Positions 60,701 to 64,000 of a DNA stretch of 64,000 bases are shown here, piece by piece (the stretch's first letter is position 1; each line of letters begins with the position of its first letter). The position numbers were made by a program, and so were the translations under genes. The notes under the pieces are model-generated. The model was not told the DNA's origin. It searched no databases and saw nothing but the letters and a program-made list of their open reading frames with translations. Location: assembly GCA_030527235.1 (NCBI GenBank), contig JAUNBL010000002.1, positions 12,124 through 76,123 of the forward strand. The letters are read 5' to 3'. This DNA is from Clostridia bacterium. Lineage in GTDB: Bacteria > Bacillota > Clostridia > UMGS1883.

Positions 60701-61675
60701 GTCCATGCTTGCAAATGCGCTCATAACGTCATTTACAGAGCCGGTCATACTAAAGCTTCTGTCCGTTGCGGTTATGAGATACACTGACTCTGCATTTGTG
60801 ACACTTATGGCGTTGTTTTCACCAAGCAGCATTTCATCGCCGCTCCCCATGGATACCACCTGTTTACCGGCGTTTTTACCCTCGGCAATAATTTTTGTAA
60901 CACCTGCATAGCCCCCGTCGTAAAGCTCACTGCCGCTATACGCAGGATAGTGGGCTGCGAGTGCAATATAGTCGGCGTTTGTGCCTATCAATTTTTTATA
61001 TCTTAAGTCGCGTACCTTGCTCGTCCCGTTCCACGACTTGCACATGTCGGCAATATTGTCGATGGAAATAACAGTATCAACAAGCTGCCCTTCGGAAGAT
61101 TTTTTAATCCTTGTTATTGTGACGTTATCCTCACGGGAAGTGAAGGTTGTTCTTGTCCACTCGCCGTATTTATCGCTGTAACGTACGCCTACCTCGGCGG
61201 TTTCGTAATTTGTCCAGCGCTCGTAACCGGAATATTCATCTGTATAGCTGCTTTCAATTCTCAGCTGCGCGCCGGGATGATAGGAATAATAAAATGTCCT
61301 GTTTCTCCTGCTGCCATCAGAGTTTGTTATTACCCAGCTGTCATTCAAATTGAACACATTCAGCCTTGCATCCTCAAGCTGCCCGGTAAGCTCCTGCGGA
61401 ATGCTTCTCGGATCCGCCGAAGGGAAATTAAAATACATATGCTGATATATTATGGTGTCAGAATAAGGCGAACCGCTGGTTACAAATCCCGTTTCTCCGT
61501 TGCCGCCCACCATGCCCTCTCTCCACGCACGGCTTTCGGGATTGTGCCCCACCTCTGAATAACTGTGTGAGAAATTGCCTTTTTGATACAAATGTTTCAC
61601 GTCCTTTTCCTGAGCTGATACGGCGCCGGGCATTGCCATAGCCGCCGTGAGAAGCAAAACCATAAATCTTTTCAT
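57491..61675 (-). CDS. Secreted GH95-like glycosidase (alpha-L-fucosidase/galactosidase family) with a Big_2-like Ig domain, two discoidin-like domains and the recurrent C-terminal module
   Basis: Signal peptide MKRFMVLLLTAAMAMPGAVSA. The N-terminal WREGMVGGNGETGF and the segment GALREWAMEEYTENNNHRHLSHLYVAWPAYDI match GH95 hallmarks (GNG; EW...HRHxSHLyxxxP). Big_2-like GVIVAQNKGSTVITVSIGS. Discoidin units (NAFDGDASTAY...; ...CKYIRYV). Confidence 0.75.
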   Translation of the reverse strand: MKRFMVLLLTAAMAMPGAVSAQEKDVKHLYQKGNFSHSYSEVGHNPESRAWREGMVGGNGETGFVTSGSPYSDTIIYQHMYFNFPSADPRSIPQELTGQLEDARLNVFNLNDSWVITNSDGSRRNRTFYYSYHPGAQLRIESSYTDEYSGYERWTNYETAEVGVRYSDKYGEWTRTTFTSREDNVTITRIKKSSEGQLVDTVISIDNIADMCKSWNGTSKVRDLRYKKLIGTNADYIALAAHYPAYSGSELYDGGYAGVTKIIAEGKNAGKQVVSMGSGDEMLLGENNAISVTNAESVYLITATDRSFSMTGSVNDVMSAFASMDAYALVGELSNRTSAVAAKYTADGKFNYAAALAPSAKEHGEEFNRLTFDLDGDEEYQSYDNDALIALQRGTTDRINHEFMERSYSQARYAQICAGGTTAPRLYGMWSGEWNPGWRSIYTLDANVNLQVSAMNTGNLREFQLGYITFFLRHAPDFMLNAEKAYGMHDAIQLSVNADADRAMHVEYDSSYPFEYWNAGASWCLLPIYEYWQCFGNVQIPINDYMRIDNLQGVLSVNDGGLTNEEFAALKAKGFLDLEKDILLPLLTKQANFWEQIVTPRYYTDSDGRACHDESKTVINAGEKYIIIPSYSPENHPVGYTSTLTANATMDISAAKDGLDMVCAIEAAVGRVGHEAAVSKWQELKDRISDYKSDSDGALREWAMEEYTENNNHRHLSHLYVAWPAYDIRNSTEIAKAANIALNNRNRYNTGDATAGHGWMHKALVEARLRRGDGMMASLLKMMNATAYYSSLMTDHDTNRRNDTYCTDTAFGAVGAVNEALVFSNTGEIEIIPALPSDWNGGKVTGIMSRSRAEITSLEWNLENRVADVTIASNKDGNTIKLRCGELWTAAKVNGIETAALSDSIGKYVSLSLNAGDTVKVSFTLDEVLNDIIVKCGDAEVESSLILDKYERVVLTAETLKNAYEAADWHSEAMAVARVNNGVIVAQNKGSTVITVSIGSLSKKIAVNVLGSGDSIYKAEVASVSGSDGYSEIWAAANAFDGDASTAYASKDNAEVKYLEAELCNLTALTKLAVVGRRPEADENYAIRINGAKVYAANSPMNGNPEAGTLVGEVGGVTATSEYIPAMVRIDTDGKQYRYYMIYFDSVNNGSSISMAAAEIEFYSDFLMGRMEKAEIHSDNAPLAIDQNTDSAQSASEGEFVFELDEARAVTKVIIKKQKNAGGTSYNNYWADWVLAVGCEVQGSLDATTWETIGRMNPSPDGKDNSPEEIFALEEAVVCKYIRYVRTEIKTSSSYGAWLFRDDNGNRLNLAEIEIYFYNPYNLDVSESGDVLTIRGIDGEYDAYFATYDASGVVEKVRKIDIMVENGEAELQKEDATKLFIWREMESAARPTEI

Positions 61676-61808
61676 GATTATCCCCCTTTCTAATAATATT
61701 ATAGCATCTAAAAAGATTCGATGGTAGACATAAACACGACATTTTTTTGATGCAGACTGTCACATTTGTGTTTCAAAAAAAGCCTCATATACAATTTCAA
61801 ATTCAGAC

Positions 61809-61828
61809 AAGCGCTTCTTCGAGCGCTT
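61809..61828. promoter_or_regulatory. Perfect inverted repeat (candidate operator) upstream of the AraC promoter
   Basis: aagcgct, 6 nt, agcgctt, ending 12 nt upstream of the -35 at 61841. Confidence 0.3.
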
Positions 61829-61840
61829 TCGTATTCAACC

Positions 61841-61869
61841 TTGCAATAAACCGTAATATAAAGTATAAT
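61841..61869 (+). promoter_or_regulatory. Sigma-A-like promoter for the third AraC gene
   Basis: TTGCAA, 17 nt, TATAAT, 20 nt upstream of ATG 61889. Confidence 0.55.
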
Positions 61870-61888
61870 GAATTCAGGAGGTGCGAAA

Positions 61889-62704
61889 ATGGGCAGAAGA
61901 ATTAATATGAATGATCTCCACATAAAGCTCCATTTTGACGAGCTTCACATAACCGTGGAGCAGTTGAACTACGGTATTTTCCATAGCTCCATAACCCGCC
62001 ACTGCCACGGAAAAAACTATTACGAGGCCCATCTTGTCTCTAACGGCAAGGGTACCCTGATTGCAGAAGGAAAAGAATATCCCCTTGAAAAAGGCTCTCT
62101 TTACATGACCGGGCCAAATATAACCCACGAACAGCTCACAGACAGAACAACGCTTATGGAGGAATACTGCCTGGGCTTTGATATAAAAAAGAAAAAAAAC
62201 AGCTGTGGCAGCGAAGCCTCGGAAGTCTTACGCGCCACAAGCTTTTGGATAGGTAAGGACAACGGCGAAGCGGAGAAAATGTTTGAAGCTCTTTCCGCCG
62301 AATCCCTTATCCGAAGTATAGGTTATCAGAACAATATGAAAAATACTGTTTCTTCCCTTTTAGTGCATCTTGTGCGTTCTTACACCGGCAATGCCGCCAG
62401 TATTGAAAAACACTCCGTCGCTCCAGACGATAGACGAGCCATTGTGACCGATGTGTCCTTTTTATACGACTATAAAACCATAACTCTCGGCGGGCTCGCT
62501 AAAACGCTTGGTCTGAGCGAACGCCAGCTTCAGAGATTTTTGGCGGCGCAATACGGCAAAACCTTTTCTCAGCTCAAAAGAGAAGCTCGCTTCAACAAGG
62601 CCACGGAGCTTTTAAACAGCGGTCTTTCCTGCGAAGAAGCTGCTGCTGGTGTGGGTTACGAGGACATGCGCAGCTTCAGGAAACTATTTGAAAAAGAAGA
62701 ATGA
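61889..62704 (+). CDS. AraC/XylS family transcriptional regulator
   Basis: Start at ATG 61889, 5 nt after AGGAGGTG. Cupin-like N-terminal half (HCHGKNYYEAHLV...GSLYMTGPNITHEQ) and C-terminal HTH pair (LGGLAKTLGLSERQLQRFL...AAGVGYEDMRSFRKLF). Confidence 0.85.
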   Translation: MGRRINMNDLHIKLHFDELHITVEQLNYGIFHSSITRHCHGKNYYEAHLVSNGKGTLIAEGKEYPLEKGSLYMTGPNITHEQLTDRTTLMEEYCLGFDIKKKKNSCGSEASEVLRATSFWIGKDNGEAEKMFEALSAESLIRSIGYQNNMKNTVSSLLVHLVRSYTGNAASIEKHSVAPDDRRAIVTDVSFLYDYKTITLGGLAKTLGLSERQLQRFLAAQYGKTFSQLKREARFNKATELLNSGLSCEEAAAGVGYEDMRSFRKLFEKEE

Positions 62705-62761
62705 ACCGCTGTGTTTCAAAATATGTTGTTTAGTATTTATTGTGCGTGTCGTATGTGTTTC

Positions 62762-63025
62762 CTAAATTTGGGCTGCAACTGTTTTTGAAAGAGCAATCGG
62801 CATTACGCTGTTTATACTCCAGACAAAAATCGAGTACGAACTGCAGCTGTCTATAAACTCCATCTCAATTTTCTCTGTTTCACCGCGCCCGAGCGAAGCA
62901 GTATACGGCTTAACCTTTATTAATTCTCCTCCGCTGCCGTAGCCTGCGATAAGGTGAGTATTGCTTAACGCAACGTCAGATGTATATAAATATGCTAACT
63001 TGTCACTGCTTACAGTCACGTTCAC
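62762..63025 (-). other. Recurrent C-terminal module, copy E
   Basis: VNVTVSSDKLAYLYTSDVALSNTHLIAGYGSGGELIKV...GETEKIEMEFIDSCSSYSIFVWSINSVMPIALSKTVAAQI. Confidence 0.45.
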
Positions 63026-64000
63026 AATTTCCCCGCGTGTCTGCCCTTCTGTTCTAAAGCTTGAAATGCTGAATTTGTTTGCTGCAACTCCGCTACCGCC
63101 TCTAACTGTGATTTTGGCGACACTGTCAATTACGGGCGCGCTTGCACGATAAGCAAAATTATCCGCAACAGTATATGTATTATCCTGTTCGTCCGTTACG
63201 TAAACCGAGAAGGTTTTCTTATCAGCATCTGTCACAATGCGCACGTGGTACGTTTTGCCAACCTCGTATTCAAGTCTCTGGGTGTACGCAAAGGACGAGC
63301 CGTTCATTGCGTCCATATACCCTTCGGGACGTATGCGGAATACTATGCTGTAATCGCCCCACTTTGAAGGCGTGATATTGCCGCACAGTCCGACAAATCC
63401 ATCAGAGAGTTCGTTTGCCGTGATATCAAACGTAACCGCGCCGTCCTTAATTGCCCCAAATGTGCGCAAGCTGTAATCTGCGGTTGATTTCCATATGCTT
63501 GCCGCACTCACCTTTGGAGCCACTTTGACGTTGAACTTTTTTTCTATCTTTGCAGAGCCGAATTCTACATTTGCCGTAAGCGTGAGCGAAACTGCGGCTT
63601 CGCCCTCTTCGGGCCGTTTAATCTTGCCGTTAGCATCCACCATCCCCGGAATATCCGCCTGCCACGAAATTCTGCTTCCGAGCTCGCCCGTGTATACAAG
63701 CGTGACGTCCTCTCTAACAATTTGCGGAATCTCAATCGCATCGGCGTCACTTTGAGCCGCAAGCGAATCGTCCCCAAGGAATGCAATAGAGTCACTGCAG
63801 TTTTTGATGGCCGCATTTATCATCTCACTTGAGACGTCCTCACTGTTCAAAATATCGTTCCTGACTTTTTTCAGCGCATCGTGTGCTGTCAAAAAGTTTT
63901 GCCAGCTCAATGGATTATACCCGCTCGCGCCTTTTTGTATTATGACATCACCTTGCACAATCGCCTTGTTTACATTTGCGGCAGATTTCTTAATCTCCAT
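62762..64000 (-). CDS. 3' part of a large secreted multidomain protein (5' end beyond the window): FIVAR-like, Ig-like, 'VRGGSG' jelly-roll-like and recurrent C-terminal modules
   Basis: The frame is open to base 64000, and the in-window Met has no signal peptide, so the gene is probably truncated by the window edge. Ig-like unit VTLVYTGELGSRISWQADIPGMVDANGKIKRP...VSLTLTANV. Module KTYHVRIVTDADKKTFSVYV...AKITVRGGSG. Tail IAGYGSGGEL...SIFVWSINSVMPIAL. Confidence 0.7.
   Translation of the reverse strand: MEIKKSAANVNKAIVQGDVIIQKGASGYNPLSWQNFLTAHDALKKVRNDILNSEDVSSEMINAAIKNCSDSIAFLGDDSLAAQSDADAIEIPQIVREDVTLVYTGELGSRISWQADIPGMVDANGKIKRPEEGEAAVSLTLTANVEFGSAKIEKKFNVKVAPKVSAASIWKSTADYSLRTFGAIKDGAVTFDITANELSDGFVGLCGNITPSKWGDYSIVFRIRPEGYMDAMNGSSFAYTQRLEYEVGKTYHVRIVTDADKKTFSVYVTDEQDNTYTVADNFAYRASAPVIDSVAKITVRGGSGVAANKFSISSFRTEGQTRGEIVNVTVSSDKLAYLYTSDVALSNTHLIAGYGSGGELIKVKPYTASLGRGETEKIEMEFIDSCSSYSIFVWSINSVMPIALSKTVAAQI

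Overview
This 64-kb chromosomal window reads like a Gram-positive anaerobe, probably a Clostridia-type Firmicute. That assignment is an inference from SLH domains, RqcP, UPF0735/UPF0237 ACT proteins, a V-type ATPase and GGAGG-type ribosome-binding sites. I support about 45 protein genes. I saw no rRNA, tRNA, CRISPR array, transposase, integrase or phage genes. Housekeeping blocks are: purC-purF; rqcP, an M18 aminopeptidase and tmk; pncB-ilvB-ilvN; and an 18-gene co-directional minus-strand run. That run contains ACT-hom-lysC, ktrB-ktrA-P-type ATPase-rlmB, an ACT/UPF0210 pair and a nine-gene V-type ATPase operon. These blocks are interrupted by four glycan-degradation islands encoding large secreted multidomain proteins: SLH-GH16, two GH2 enzymes, a C1 peptidase with GLUG repeats, GH4, a triple-discoidin protein, a heparinase II/III-like lyase, GH51, a beta-helix protein and a GH95-like enzyme. 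Three AraC-type regulators accompany them and no transporter is present. The most interesting signals are: (1) an unassigned 70-90 aa module at the extreme C-terminus of five otherwise unrelated large secreted proteins; (2) a second shared 'VRGGSG' jelly-roll-like module in two of them; (3) a candidate leader-peptide/hairpin attenuator in the 5' UTR of the peptidase gene; (4) a PII-like protein tightly coupled to a cation:proton antiporter; (5) the ACT/UPF0210 pair joined by only 12 nt to the V-ATPase operon. I could not support a defence, toxin or biosynthetic multi-gene system from the sequence alone. All family calls rest on motifs read from the translations and recalled from memory, not on database searches.
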